64,000 bases of DNA from Octopus bimaculoides. Its lineage: Eukaryota. The translations under genes and the position numbers were made by a program. The first letter of the stretch is position 1; each line of letters opens with the position of its first letter. Where the stretch lies: contig NC_068993.1 in the NCBI RefSeq assembly GCF_001194135.2, positions 60,393,756 through 60,457,755 of the forward strand, given 5' to 3'. The notes under the pieces were generated by a model. That model was given only the letters and a program-made list of their open reading frames with translations. It was not told where the DNA came from and did not search any database. Shown here piece by piece: positions 1 to 13,420 of this stretch.

Positions 1-3000
1 CTAGGATTTTTTTTTCTTTTCAGTATAATCAGGAAGGGAAGGGTAACACCTATGATCCATGATGAAAATATCTTTTCAGAGCCTTCAAGACTTGCAGGAA
101 GAAAGGAACAATTTATTCTTTACTTAACCAATTTCTTTATAAAAAGTGTACCAGGTGCATCTGTCATAGCACCAACCCTGGTGGGGTCACCAAGTAACTG
201 ACAAGGCAAGGACTCTTCACAATGTGGGGAGATGCAATATTGAGGGAGGTGGCACTGTGCCAGGTGTAGAGAGGCAACAGTAGGAAAGAAGGACAGATGT
301 CTCATTGCAGAAGAGGTACATGGGTACCCCATCAGGAAAGAGAGAAAGGATGATGAAGAGGTACCCTCAAAGTACAAGAGGGTGGATAAAAAGAACAGGA
401 GCAGAGAAGTGGGGAAGGCTGAGAGAGTGTGTTGGGGATAAGGTGAAACATGGGTCAGACAGATGCATGGTGACAGAGATAAAGATCACAATATCTATAT
501 TTATACAGACTGGAGCCTGGTGTTGCCATCCGGTTTCACCAGTCCTCAGTCAAATCGTCCAACCCATGCTAGCATGGAAAGCGGACGTTAAACGATGATG
601 ATGATGATGATGATACAGCTGTTGCCAAAAGTTTGGAACACAGGTCTGAAAATTAGAACTTTTAGATTAAATGCCCAAACATATAAAAAAAAAAATATGA
701 ATGACCATGGGATCGTACTTAGAAAATTCCCCTCCAAAGCACAAGGTTGTTTATGGAAGATCAGCAGTCACCCATGCATACCAGCCTCCCTTCTCCATGC
801 CACCAATGTTATCCAAGGGAATGGCAAAAGGGCTGATACAGCTTGGCACCAGTGACTTCGCAACCCATTTCTACATCTGTGTGGACTGGAGTAAAGTGAA
901 ATAAAGAGTCTTGCTTAAGAACACAACACACAGCCCAGTCTAGGAATTGAACTCACTACCTCATGGTTGTGAGCCCAATGCTCTAACCACTGAGCCGTTC
1001 CAAACTTTTGTCCCCAACTGCAGTTACCATCCACCACCATCACAACTAGTCAATAAAATGACAACTCAACCTGCAAGAAATAGCAGTCAAATCTCTCTTA
1101 AACCATACCCTACTGTCTTAGAAAAACACACATTGGATAATGTGGTTCCCTGCACCTAGGAAAAAGACAAGGTGGTCATGTCTAGAATGGCTCTGATCAT
1201 AGGTCTACTCAATTAGAACTAACCCGGAACTCAACAATAGCAACAGAAATCCCTAATTAATGATTCAAATTCAGAACAATAACAATCAACAACAACATCA
1301 TAATCAGCATCACCATCAACATAACCACCACCACCACCACCACCACCCTCACCATAACCATGATCAGTGCACCCAGCACCAAAACCACTGCTACAACAAC
1401 AAACACAATTACTATAAGACCTGCAACTACTACCCCCACCACAGTTACAACTACCACAGTAACCACAACCGTTTGCCATAACAAGACCCACTGTCACTAC
1501 TACCATAACAATCACTACCACCACATGAACTACTACCACTACTACTACTACCAATACCACTACCTGTAGTACCAGCATCATACTTATAAAAAAAACTGCT
1601 ACCATCCCTCCAACTACAACCATTATAATCCTATACCAAATCTGGAAACTTGTGGTTAATTAATCTAATTCCACATTGAAAAGACAATTAACCAGATAGG
1701 ATTAAGGTTTCTGCTAATCCTGACAACAACAACAACAACAACAGCAATAACAAGAACAAGTACAATCACAGGAACAGCAACAGTAAAATAATAATAGTTA
1801 TAACGAAAGTAAACACAACAACAACAACAGCAGCAGCAGCAGTAGCAGCAGCAGGCTCAATAGTGATTCTTTCTTCGATAGGTACAAGGCTTGAAATTTT
1901 GGTAGTGGGGTAAGTTGTTTACATTGACCCCAGTGCATAACTGGTACTTATTTTATCAATCCCGAAAGGATGAGAGGCAAAGTTGACCTCAGCAGAATAA
2001 TAATAACAATAATAATAATAATAACAGGAATTTTGTGTGGCACAATAAAGATTCTGCCAGCTCCACTGCCTAAACAACAATAATAATAATCCATTCTACT
2101 CTAATCACAAGGCCTGAAATTTTGGGGGAGCGGTGGGGGAGGGGAAAAATCAATTATATCGACCTCAGTGCATAACTGGTACTTATTTCATCGACCCTGA
2201 GAGGATGAAAGGCAAAGTCGACTTCAACAGACTTTGAACTCAGAACAGACGAAATGCCGCTAAGCATTTTGCCGTTACATTCTGAGTTCAAATTCCGCCA
2301 AGGTTGACTTTGCTGTTCATCCTTTTGGGGTTGATTAAATAAGTACCAGTTATGCACTGGGGTCGATGTAATCGAATTAATCCCTTTGTCTGTCCTTGTT
2401 TGTCCCCTCTATGTTTAGCCCTCTGTGGGCAATAAAGAAATAAATACCTTAACAAGAACAACAACACAGCAATAATGGTAATTTCTTTTATAATCATGTG
2501 ACCAGAAATATGAGGGAGTGTGGACAGTTGATACTAGACTGGTACTTTATTATACTTTATTCTAATGACCCCCACACCAAAAAAAAAGGGTAAAAGACCA
2601 AATTGATCTTGGCAGGATTTGAACTCGGTACGTGAAGAACCAGAAGAAATAACAGCACCAACAACAGAAATAGCAGCAACACACCACCATCACAAAGAAC
2701 AAGAGTCACAGAACTACAACAACAACAACATTGACAGCATGTTACAACAACAACAACAGCAACAACAAGCAGAGACAGCAACCACAAGAACACTGTCATT
2801 AGCAAGATTAACAATCTTAACAGCACAAAAACCACAACAGCAACAACAACAACAATTAAGACTATCACCACCACCACCACCGATACCATAATCAATAACA
2901 GCAACAACAAGAGGGAACATTCTATGGAGATTAAGGGTAAAAAGCCACGGATTATCTTCAGTTTCAGTTCTGCTATACCCCTCCACTTCTCCTTCACCCA

Positions 3001-4123
3001 CTCACCTCCCTCTACTTACTACTAAAACTGCTACTACTACTACTACTAACATTACAATTGTTGTTGTTACTACTACTACTACTACTACTGCTGCTGCTAC
3101 TATTGTTTCAATTGCAACAACATCTGTTGAAGTCATCGGCTGCACCTTGTGCACTTTTCAACAAAGTGAATGGCTTCTGCGAGTGTTCAGTGGTAATTAG
3201 ATGGTGAGAGGTAAAGCAGACCCCATGGTGAAGCAGGGCTGCATAGGTTCAGTTTGTGACACTGGCAATAGCTATGGGTGTTGTTGTTTGACACCCCATC
3301 AAGTTAGCTTCTTAGAGAGTATACTTATCATCAAAGACATTCCATCCAACCATGGCCACTCCACCTTTTTGTATATTAAATAGATGCAGGTATAGCTGTG
3401 TGGTTAAGAAGCTGGCTTCTCAAACGATGTGGTCCAGGGTTCAGGCCCACTGCATGGCACCTTGGGAAAGTGTCTTGTACTATAGCCCTGATTCAACCAA
3501 AGCCTTGAGAATGGATTTGGATTTGGTAGACAGAGTGGTTGGCGTTAGGAAGGGCATCCAGCTGTAGAAACTCTGCCATATCAGATTGGAGCCTGGTGTA
3601 GCCATCCGGTTCACCAGTCCTCAGTCAAATCGTCCAACCGATGCTAGCATGGAAAGCGGACATTAAACAATGATGATGATGATGATGATGATGATGATAA
3701 AATCAATCTTGGCAAAATTTGAACTCAGAACATTAAGATGGAGGAAAATGTTGTTAAGAATTTTACCTGTGTGCTACCGATTCTGCCAGCTTGCTACCTT
3801 AAGTCCATCCAAGTGTTGAAGACAGACATCCAAAGTTAATTGTATTTATTGTATGATTTGACAATAGAGGCCCACCTAGCATGGCTGTGATGTCTATCCT
3901 GACGTGTGTCAGAGCATAACTTAGTGATTTTAATGTCATTTTCCGTTCAGTTCTTATTCGGAATTTCCTAATTTGCGATTAGTGCTTGTTAAAGCTGAAA
4001 TAGTGATTAAATATATCCCATCCCCACCACCCTCCACACCTTGTATTATTAAGAGGCTTTCATTAGCTTTCTTGATCCATACTTAAATGACAAGACTTCA
4101 AATAAACTACAAGATTTCAGTGC

Positions 4124-4165
<42 letters not shown>

Positions 4166-5989
4166 GTGTGTGTGAGAGAGAGAGAGAGAGCTACCGTATA
4201 TCAGTAGTGAGCAAGCAACAAAGTGAAGAGAACTCAATACATGGTGTAGTGTTGCGATACTTTCTTTTTGTTAACCTTTGCTTGAAGCTTCTCAGCAATA
4301 ATATTCTTCAGATGGCGTTTCCATGATGCCTCATTGAATATCAGAGAAAGAAAATATACATACAATCACATGCATGCATAATCGACCAGACTATAAGACA
4401 TTGTTATACATCACTGGTCACAATGCACTTTGCACTGTTTTAGCTTTTGAATGATGCCGTCCTGCTGCCTACTTGAGCAGGCAAACATTTCCCTTCATCA
4501 GAGAAGGATATTCCATCACAGGGTTGAGTGGACTGAAGCAACATGAAATGAAATATTTTGCTCAAGAACCCAACAATCTGCTCACAAGGACAATCTTTTC
4601 TGTCAGACTTTTTGCAAGTTTTTAGAAAGTGCCAACCGAGGTTAACAACATTAGCAACACCTTCTCCTCCTCCTCCTTTGTCCCAGCTCCCACTCACCTC
4701 ACTCCGGCCCAAGTCCCCGTCCACAAAGCCATTCAGTGGACCCCCATTACTGCAATCTTTCTTCTGAGCCCAAGGAGACGATATCAAATGATATTAATTT
4801 TAAAAACAAAAAAAAAACCCCAGCAAATAACCCCCTCACCACCCACCCACCATAAACTAAATAAATGAATAAATAAATAAATAAATAAATAAATAAATAC
4901 AAAGACAGCAAATGGAAATAAAAAAAGATTGTAAAAGAAAACAAAAAGAAGCTGTGAAAGATATTTTTTTGTATTTTAAATTCAGAAAAAGTTTTCTTTT
5001 TTAAATAGAATAAAAGAATAAAAATAATTTATAAAAAAATATACACCCTTCCCTCCACCCCTTGCCATCCATTTTTTTGCAGTGATACATCATATCATTG
5101 CAGGAAGGGGAGAGGCAGGGGTCACCCCCCCTCCCCTTAATTTTTATTCCAGTTATCAGTCTGATTCCATGTATTGATTAAGCGGACTGTCCAATTATAG
5201 AATTTTATTTCTAGAACTTGCCATTCAAATTAGCTTTAAATTTATTATTTTGTTGTTATTAATTACATTGTTGTTGTTGTTGTTGTGGTTGCAGTTTTTA
5301 GTAGTGGTGGTGGTGGTGGTGTTTGTTTTGTTTTTGCTTTTCGTTGTTTTATATTTACACTGACGATTTCTTTTTTTTTTCTTTTTTTTTAATGAAACCA
5401 AACCAAATCAAAGAAATTTGAGAACATTTATGAAAATCTTATCTAAAACAGAACAGGAGGAGATAATATTAATTATAATGGTTTCATTATATAATCTTCA
5501 GCATAGTTGTTGCTGTCTACACTAAGGATTAATAACAATAATAATAATCCTTTCTAATACAGCTACAGGACCTGAGATGTTAGGGTGGATTACATCGACC
5601 CCAGTGCTCAACTGGTCCTTATTTTGTCAACCCTGAAAGGATGGAAAGAAAACTTGACTCCAGTAGCATTTGAACTCAGAATGTAAAGCCAGACAAGATT
5701 TATCTAAGCGATTTATCCAGTATGTTAAGAACTCTGTGGTTTGTTGCAGTAGTCATAATAATCCTTTCTACTGAAGGCACAACGCCTGAAATGTTGTAGG
5801 AGGGGGCTGGTCGATCACATCAACCCCAGTGTTTTACTGGTACTTAATTTATCAACTCTGAATGAATGAAAGGTAATGTCAACCTCGGCAGAATTTGAAC
5901 TTAGAAAGACATGAAGACGGACGAAATGCCACTAACAATTCTGCCAGCTCACCACCTTGGTGACAATGATAACAACAACAACAATAATA

Positions 5990-6500
5990 ATACTGCAGCT
6001 GAATGGTATGAACAGAAACCAGAAGGGGTGTTTGGGTGTTTAAGCTTTTGCAGAACTTCACCACTGAATGTGATAGAATGATCAAGGCAAGAAGGCCAGA
6101 CATTGTAGGAGTCAACAAGAAAGTAAAAAAAGAGGCCCAGATTATTGATATCTCTATCCCAGGAGATAGGAGAGTGAAAGATAAAGAACATGAAATGGTA
6201 GAGAAGTATGAGCCACTGAAGGAGGGTTTAGTGATTCCAATGGTGATTGGAGCATTGGGAAACATTATCAGACAGTTTCCGAGGAATGTGTCAATAAAAT
6301 TGGAATTCATACAACATTACAGGTCATGCAGAAGACAGCACTTCTTGGTAAAGCAAGGATTTTAAGGAAAGTCTTGTCTATATAAGGTGCAGGAGAGGAA
6401 GTAGTAAGGGATCTTTGTCAACTTACTGACTATTCCCTTACTGAAATATCCAGACCATTCAATATCTAAGTGTCTGAGAATTACAAAAGCAAAACACAAT
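5990..6500 (+). mobile_element. R4/Dong-type (restriction-like endonuclease, RLE) non-LTR retrotransposon 3' end, copy 1
   Basis: Translates as WYEQKPEG...DRMIKARRPDIVGVNKKVKKEAQIIDISIPGDRRVKDKEHEMVEKY...VIPMVIGALG, then after a frameshift QKTALLGKARILRKVLSI*. It starts directly after an (AAC/AAT)n run. Confidence 0.9.
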
Positions 6501-6519
6501 GATTCCTAACATAGGCATA

Positions 6520-6905
6520 AAGTATCAGTGAAAATCACCGGACTTGCTAATAGAAATTGAAAAATGTGGCATCTCAAGGCGACTACCGTACCAGTGATTG
6601 TAGGATCTCTAGGAATGATAAAAAAAGGTACTGAAACCTATTTGAAAATGATACCAAGCTTGCCATCCCTACAGGAAGTGCAAAAAATCGTGTTAACTGG
6701 AACGACTCATGTACTGAGAAGAGCATTATCGCTGTGAAAACAACATCCATTCATGAATTTTTTTTTTTTTTAAATACATATTTTACCTGTGAATTTGCGT
6801 GTGTAAACAGGGAATGCATGCAACAAGTTTCTCTGCCTTAAGTGTACGGAAAACACTCGGCGAGAAATGGAAGAAAATTTGAAGAAAGAAGAAAAAAAAA
6901 ACATA
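6520..6905 (+). mobile_element. R4/Dong-type non-LTR 3' end, copy 2 (different subfamily), with 3' UTR and AAT tail
   Basis: Translates as DLLIEIEKMWHLKATTVPVIVGSLGMIKKGTETYLKMIPSLPSLQEVQKIVLTGTTHVLRRALSL* (stop about 6735-6737), followed by a UTR and aataataat. Confidence 0.88.
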
Positions 6906-6991
6906 ATAATAATACTAACAGTAGTAGTAGTAGTAGTAGTAGTAGTAGNNNNNNNNNNGTAACAACAACAACAACAATAATAATAATAATA

Positions 6992-7024
<33 letters not shown>

Positions 7025-7029
7025 CGATG

Positions 7030-7069
<40 letters not shown>

Positions 7070-7071
7070 CA

Positions 7072-7290
7072 ATGGAATATTGGAGCTGCTGTCAGGTTCA
7101 GTTCAAAGTGATCCAAAAGACAGCATTGTTGAGTACAGCTCACATTCTAAGAGAGTATTGTCTCTTTGGGTCACAGGAGAAGGAACTACTTGAAACCTTT
7201 GGTGATTTGTTATTGCCTGCTTTCAAGTAAAGATCAACCGCAAATAGAACAGCGAGAACCAAAACAACAACAGCAACAACAATAATAATA
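7072..7290 (+). mobile_element. R4/Dong-type non-LTR extreme 3' end, copy 3
   Basis: Translates as FKVIQKTALLSTAHILRE, and is embedded between (AAT)n runs. Confidence 0.75.
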
Positions 7291-8329
7291 ATAATAATGA
7301 TAATAATAATAATAATAATAAAATAAAAAACCAAAAGAAAACAGCATCCCTTGCACAGAGTAATAAAGAAGTGGACTGTAAAAGAGTAAAACGAAAAATG
7401 TCAGAAATATATTTGAAAGCAAAGGCATTTAGAATCTACCAACTGACACTGAGATGAAGATGGAACTAGAACAAGAACAACAAGTTTGGCAACAAAAGAA
7501 GAAGAAGATGAATAAGCATTAGACTAAAAACAAAAGAGAAATATGAAACAGAACAAAGCCAGGATGTTAAATCGAATAAATAAATTAGGAAAATGTTTAA
7601 AGTATGAATTGATGAAAACGAGAAAGCTGCAGGCTGAAGTGAAGAAACTATACAAGCTAAATGGATGTAGATCACAAGTAGTAGGGAGAGGAGGCGTGTG
7701 AATGGTGGTAGGAGTAGGGCAATGTACTTTAGTTCTGTGTGTGTTTGTATACATACATATATACATGTCCATATATACGTGTGTGTATGTGTGTGTGTGC
7801 ACATGTGCATACATAAACATACACATTTTTTTTCATCAAGCAGTCACAACCAAAATGTGTTTCATCATGCCAGGCCAGGAATCTTTCTTCCCTGTTAGCT
7901 TTGGTTTATCCTCAACTTCATGTTGCATGTAGCTGCCAATACATATATATATATATATATATCATCATCATCATCATCATCATTATTTAGCGTCCACTAT
8001 ACTCTCGGAGTGGTTAGCGTTAGGAAGGGCATCCAGCTGCAGAAACTCTNNNNNNNNNNGATTGGAGCCTAGTGCAGCCTTCTGGTTTGCCAGTCCTCAG
8101 TCAAATCGTCCAACCCATGCTAGCATGGAAGGTGGACTTTAAATGATGATGATGATGATGATGATGATGATATATATATCATCATCATAGTTTAACATCC
8201 GCTTTCCATGCTGGCATGGCTTGGACAGTTTGACGACAGTGTGACGACAGTTTGACTGAGGACTAGTGAGCCAGAAGGCTGCACCAGGCTCCAATCTCAT
8301 CTGGCAAAGTTTCTTCTAAGTGGGCTGGT

Positions 8330-8530
8330 TATACATCACTAGCATAGGCTATGGGTTATGGTCTCACTTAGCTTGTCAGGTCTTCTCAGATACAGCATAT
8401 ATCCAAAGGTCTCGGTCACTAGTCATTGCCTTGGTGAGGCCCAATGTTCGAAGGTCGTGCTTCACCATCTCATCCCAGGTCTTCCTGGGTCGACCTCTTT
8501 CACAGGTTCCCTCAACCGCTAGGGTGTGAC
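8330..8530 (-). mobile_element. RTE-clade LINE 3' end; similar remnants at about 13885-14010 and 26915-27025
   Basis: The minus strand gives LAVEGTCERGRPRKTWDEMVKHDLRTLGLTKAMTSDRDLW, the typical RTE C-terminal GRGRPRKTW motif. Confidence 0.85.
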
Positions 8531-10137
8531 ACGTTTTCAGCTAGAATGCTGAACACTTTGGTTTTCATCTTGAGAGAACCTCTCATACAGATGACACACA
8601 ATGCTAAGAATGCACAGTTATCATTAGCAGACAAGAATCATTTGGTATGGGTGCCAGAAAGGAAAGATCACGTGATTTCAGTGCATTTGTGCCTCGTCAG
8701 TGACAGGTTCCCACTCAACACATACCAGCCAGCTCTCACTGTCAATCATATATAGAATAACAGTGACTTTTCAGTTATTGATGTCAAAAATAGCCTTCAG
8801 GTTTATCAAAAACTGAATGTTAGCAACAGAAGCAGTTTTAATCCCGAATCACTGAGGAAACACAGGACTCTACATATTTGAGTAGCATAGAAGTGAAATG
8901 AAATGCCTTACCGAAGGATGGAACCCCACAATCTTAAGATCATTGGCCGAACACCCTAACCACTAGGCTACACAAACAGCTATTTTAATCTTGTTATTAC
9001 AATAATGACAACATGTGTCTTCAGTAAATAAATGCATAACTTAGCAAATCCAGTATTTTCTGACATCAACTTTGTCTTCCTAATAACCTCTGTATATTGT
9101 TTGTCTATTTTCCTATTAAAGTTTTACACTTGAATCAAATGGATGCCAGTAACAGATTCAGTTGAATTTGAGGGAATTTCAACACAAGTGGCAGAAACAA
9201 GTTTAAAATGCAACATGTATAACCACATGTTGGATAAAGTCAGATATATCAATTTGTGGTTGTGATAGCAACTCTGACAGTAATATTGTCAGTGAAAATG
9301 AATTTATTCCAGAAATACAATGCAGTGGAAATCAAAATATATTTCTCCTTGAAATGTTTTTGTATTCTATACCAAATTGTGTAGGGTTCAAAAGTGATGC
9401 AACCGTTTGCAGTTCTGAGCAGATGTTACAATGCAATTTATGACAGACTATTCATCAGATAAAAAATAACAAAGAAGGTGAATTACTGACATAAAGGAAA
9501 CATTACTGCCACGTATGTTTGTGTATTTATATATGCGTGTGTGAATTGATTGCATTTTGTAGTTTTCTCCAAACAATTCGATAAATTCCAGTATTTTATG
9601 CCATATTGCTTTTAAAATGTACCTGGTTTAGTTGCAGAGAAATTCAATTGAAATTGTGTACAATTCATGTTATATCTCAGCTGAATATTGTACAATAACT
9701 CACTTTCATGTGGTTACGTTTAAACCAAATTTAAATAATTTTATGTTTCTCTGAGTTTATTTCTATTTACCTGTAATTAGAATAAATTTGAGACAAAATT
9801 CTACCTGAGATTTTTGCAAGGAACCTTTGTTAAATCATGTTCCTAACACCATTTTCATACACCAATAACCAAAAGTGTTTGAGTTGCTTTACAAAATTAG
9901 TTGAAATTTGTAATTATTTTACAATTTAGTTGAAACATTCATGGGGTTTGCTTTATCTACAAATATCTAAGAAAATATTTGAGCTTTGTTAGTAGGGTCA
10001 GTGAGATGAATTAACATATTTCAGTTTTAGAGATTTTACGACTGTGCTTTTTTTTTATATTTCTTTTACAGTGCCAGGCTGACCATTGCCTTGTAAGTGA
10101 ATATTTGGTGGACGGAATCTATGAGGAAGCATATCAA

Positions 10138-10175
<38 letters not shown>

Positions 10176-11224
10176 ATGTGGTGTGTACCTGTGTGCATGT
10201 GGTGGGGAGGTGTGTGTGTGTTTGCTCCCTCTCACTAAGCACTGCTTGATAACCAGAGTAGATTCGTGTTTGCCTCTCCAAAACTTAGCAATTTGGCAAA
10301 AGAGATTGACAGAATACGTAGCAAACTTGGAAGTCAGTAGCGACGTTGATTTGTTTGACTAAAAGCGCTCGAGGTAGAGCCCCAGCATGGCCACAGACTA
10401 ATGAGCGAAACAAGTAAAAGTTTCAAAAGACAAAGTGAATGCTAACATCGGAACGTGACCAAGGAACCCAAAGATCATCAGTTCAATACCCAGTTGGGTC
10501 GGCCATTCGTAAAACCCAGAGCATCATTATTAAGTCTCTTTTAGTTCTACAACACATCAACCTGAAGAATTCCTGTTGCAGCAGCAATCATTCTTTATCA
10601 GGCAAACTATAATAATGCTTTCAGACTAACAGGCTAGACTAGACAACACCAAATATCATAATCTTCAACTATGGTTATAAATAATATTATGCTCATCTCT
10701 TTCTCTTCTACAGACATTGTATTCTAACTAATGGTTCCACATATATTTATTTATTCCTATCAATTGTTTCCTCTCTGTATTTCATTTTTTGCTTTGTTTT
10801 GTTAGTTTTTCTATTGCATAGTTATAATACTTTTGGACTGATTGAAATATATATTTACAAGGTCACAATAACAGTCTGACCTAACAGAACGAATTCCATC
10901 GTCCAAGAAGTCTCTCTCTTATTTTCCTTCAGTTAAACGGATCTGGAGTGCCGCAAGTTGCAGGCTGACCTCAATGATATTCATGTCAGGAAAAAAAAGC
11001 ACCCAGTACACAATGTAAGGTGGATGGCATTAGAAAAGGGCATCCAGCCATAGAAAGCATCACAGCCACAGGCACTGGAGCATGACTAAAGTCAGCTGAC
11101 TCATAAGATCCTGTCCAACCTTTCAAGCCACACCATTATAAAAATACATCATCATCACCCTTCGACCTACCTACGGTTGGTCGGAACTCCATTGATGATC
11201 CCTTTCCACACTAGACGGTCCTGT

Positions 11225-11830
11225 AAAAATACATAAACTGAGACCAGATTTAAAAATTAGGCTTATTGTCTCCAGTATTAACAGATCCTTCTAGAAAATC
11301 TTTTGGCTTCTATCTAATATACTCAAGTCACTACTTGAAACCTTTCAAAGATATGTTGAAAACTCCATCAAAGTCATCAACAAACAAAGATCTTAAACAA
11401 ATAACAACCCTTTTAGTTTAGGCGCTGTTTTCCTACACACCTCTGTCCCTGCAATCCCTTACTATCAACTTACTAACTGAACACATTGCCCCCTCTCATA
11501 ACCTTAATTGCTGTTGGCCCACAGCACCAAATATCCACAAACTGTTAACTGCTATAATGAACAACACCATTGTCCAGTTCAAGGGGTCCAATTTACAAAC
11601 AAATCTCTGAACTGCCAAACTTGTTAAGCTTGTCAGGCCAACCGGCCAACACTTATATGGATCAGTTACAATCCAGAACATTCAACAAGGGTGACTCCAG
11701 TGCCATTTTTTCCAAGTATGTGGATGACATTCTCATGTTAACATCATCTCATGAGGAGGCTGTTAAAATATACAAAATATTCAACAATATTGATGAACAT
11801 ATAAAATTTGAAGCTGAGCATCCCAGTAAC
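11225..11830 (+). mobile_element. Decayed Penelope-like element (PLE) reverse transcriptase
   Basis: Across frameshifts it gives KIHKLRPDLKIRLIVSSIN, YKQISEL...PANTYMDQLQ and KYVDDILML...IFNNIDEHIKFEAEH, matching PLE RT motifs PKIHK..LRPIVS, YKQ..G, RYVDD and NSIHPNIKFT. Confidence 0.85.
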
Positions 11831-12320
11831 TGCTTGATTTGTGATCCAAAAGGAAGGATTGAATATACAACTTCCACACATTGAACTTTCGATGATGGGG
11901 GCCTTAACAGAAAGCAGGCCAATCAAATTCGACGACTGGCACACATGCCAACCTCTCCTTCATTGGACACTAAACTCTACTTGTGAAGACCTGTTGGGGC
12001 AAGTGAAATCGAAATCATAATTGAACCATATTCGATGACTGGTACTTGTGCCAGTGGAGCACTAACAGCACTGTCCAAGTGTGATCATTGCCAGAGCAGC
12101 TGTCTGGCTTCCGTGCTAGTAGCTGGATGCCCTTCTTAATGCCAAGCACTCTGAGAGTGTAGTGGGTGCTTTTATGTGCCACCGACACGAGGGCCAGTCA
12201 GGCGGTACTAGCATTGGTCACGCACAAATAGTGCTTTTTTACGTGCCGCCTGCACAGGAGCCAGTCCGGCAGCACTGGCAACAACTACACTCGAATGGTG
12301 CTTCTATATAAATATGTGTG

Positions 12321-12367
<47 letters not shown>

Positions 12368-12496
12368 ACATATATGCATATTTGTGTGTGTATATACATT
12401 TTAATGTTAGTATTGTATATATTGATTTATTCATGCAAACATACACACACACATATAATTACATATACATATCCGTGTGTGTGTATATACATACAA

Positions 12497-12531
<35 letters not shown>

Positions 12532-13219
12532 CGTACACTCACTTATAAATAGGTTGAAACACACAACAGAATATATTAATGGATTCACCTCATACATATA
12601 TATACGTATAGATGTTTACATACACACACACACGCACACATACACATTATTCATTCCATTTCAAGTCACAGATGCAGTAAATATAATGTTCGGTGCAATT
12701 ACCTTAGAATTAATGAAATCCAGCAGCTTCCACCTATATTTGACCGGGTTACATGGCAGATCTTTGCCATACCTGTTACTAATCCACCATTAACCTCTTA
12801 CAAAATTCCAGAACATTCCTTCTCATTTCTTCCTAACAATCCATATCTGCACCACCCCATCTTAACCCCCTCGAATCCACCCACCTACTTTTAACATTCC
12901 TACTGCCACGTTGTTAAGGTGTTTTTACACAGCAATACTTAATTGTTATCAAATTAACAAGGAATCTTATAGAAATCAGCTCCAAATACATGATTCTTCT
13001 TTCCACAACAACTCATTAAACAACCCATCATTTCTTTACAATATATTCCTAAGTTGTAATATGCATAAAGGGGGAATAAGATAAATTTCTGGTTTTTCTT
13101 TCTTTTTTTTTTTTTGTTTTGATCGTCTTTGGTGCAACAACGGAACCATACAGGAGGTTGAACTCAGAGCTGTTATAGTCATTAAAATATACGTGTGCAT
13201 TTATATATTTATGTGTATA

Positions 13220-13420
13220 TATATATATATATATATATAGGGAGAATTCACAAAAAAACAACAGACAAAGACAGATGGTGTAGAAAGCAAACAGATGTAT
13301 TAGTATAACGCTCGGAGAGTGTAAAAGTTTTTAACGTTTCGAGCCTACGCTCTTCCACGGAAAGAAACAAGGAGAGAAAAAAATGTGTGTTAGTGGTCAG
13401 CGATCTATCATGGCAAATCA
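13220..13420 (-). mobile_element. Short interspersed repeat flanked by (TA)n carrying a degenerate PLE-type hammerhead-like motif
   Basis: The minus strand at 13360-13333 reads CCGTGGAA-GAGC-GTAG-GCTC-GAAACGTT. Confidence 0.55.

Noticed and set aside
120-377. Minus-strand ORF containing TRVG, reminiscent of the avidin C-terminus (ATRVG)
   Set aside because: It lacks the conserved Trp residues and the correct spacing, so the match is judged to be chance.
1231-1623. His-, Thr-, Val-, Gln- or Asp-rich ORFs (also at about 2.6-3.0, 25.9-26.1, 46.2-47.1 and 48.1-48.4 kb)
   Set aside because: They are translations of CAC/CAA/GAT trinucleotide tracts, open in several frames on both strands, with no convincing splice context.
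10070-10091. Apparent 21-nt plus-strand microexon (tttcttttacag|TGCCAGGCTGACCATTGCCTT|gtaagt)
   Set aside because: The exon and donor are a decayed piece of SINE family C (gaccaaagccttgtgagtggattt). Exonisation cannot be excluded, but there is no independent support.
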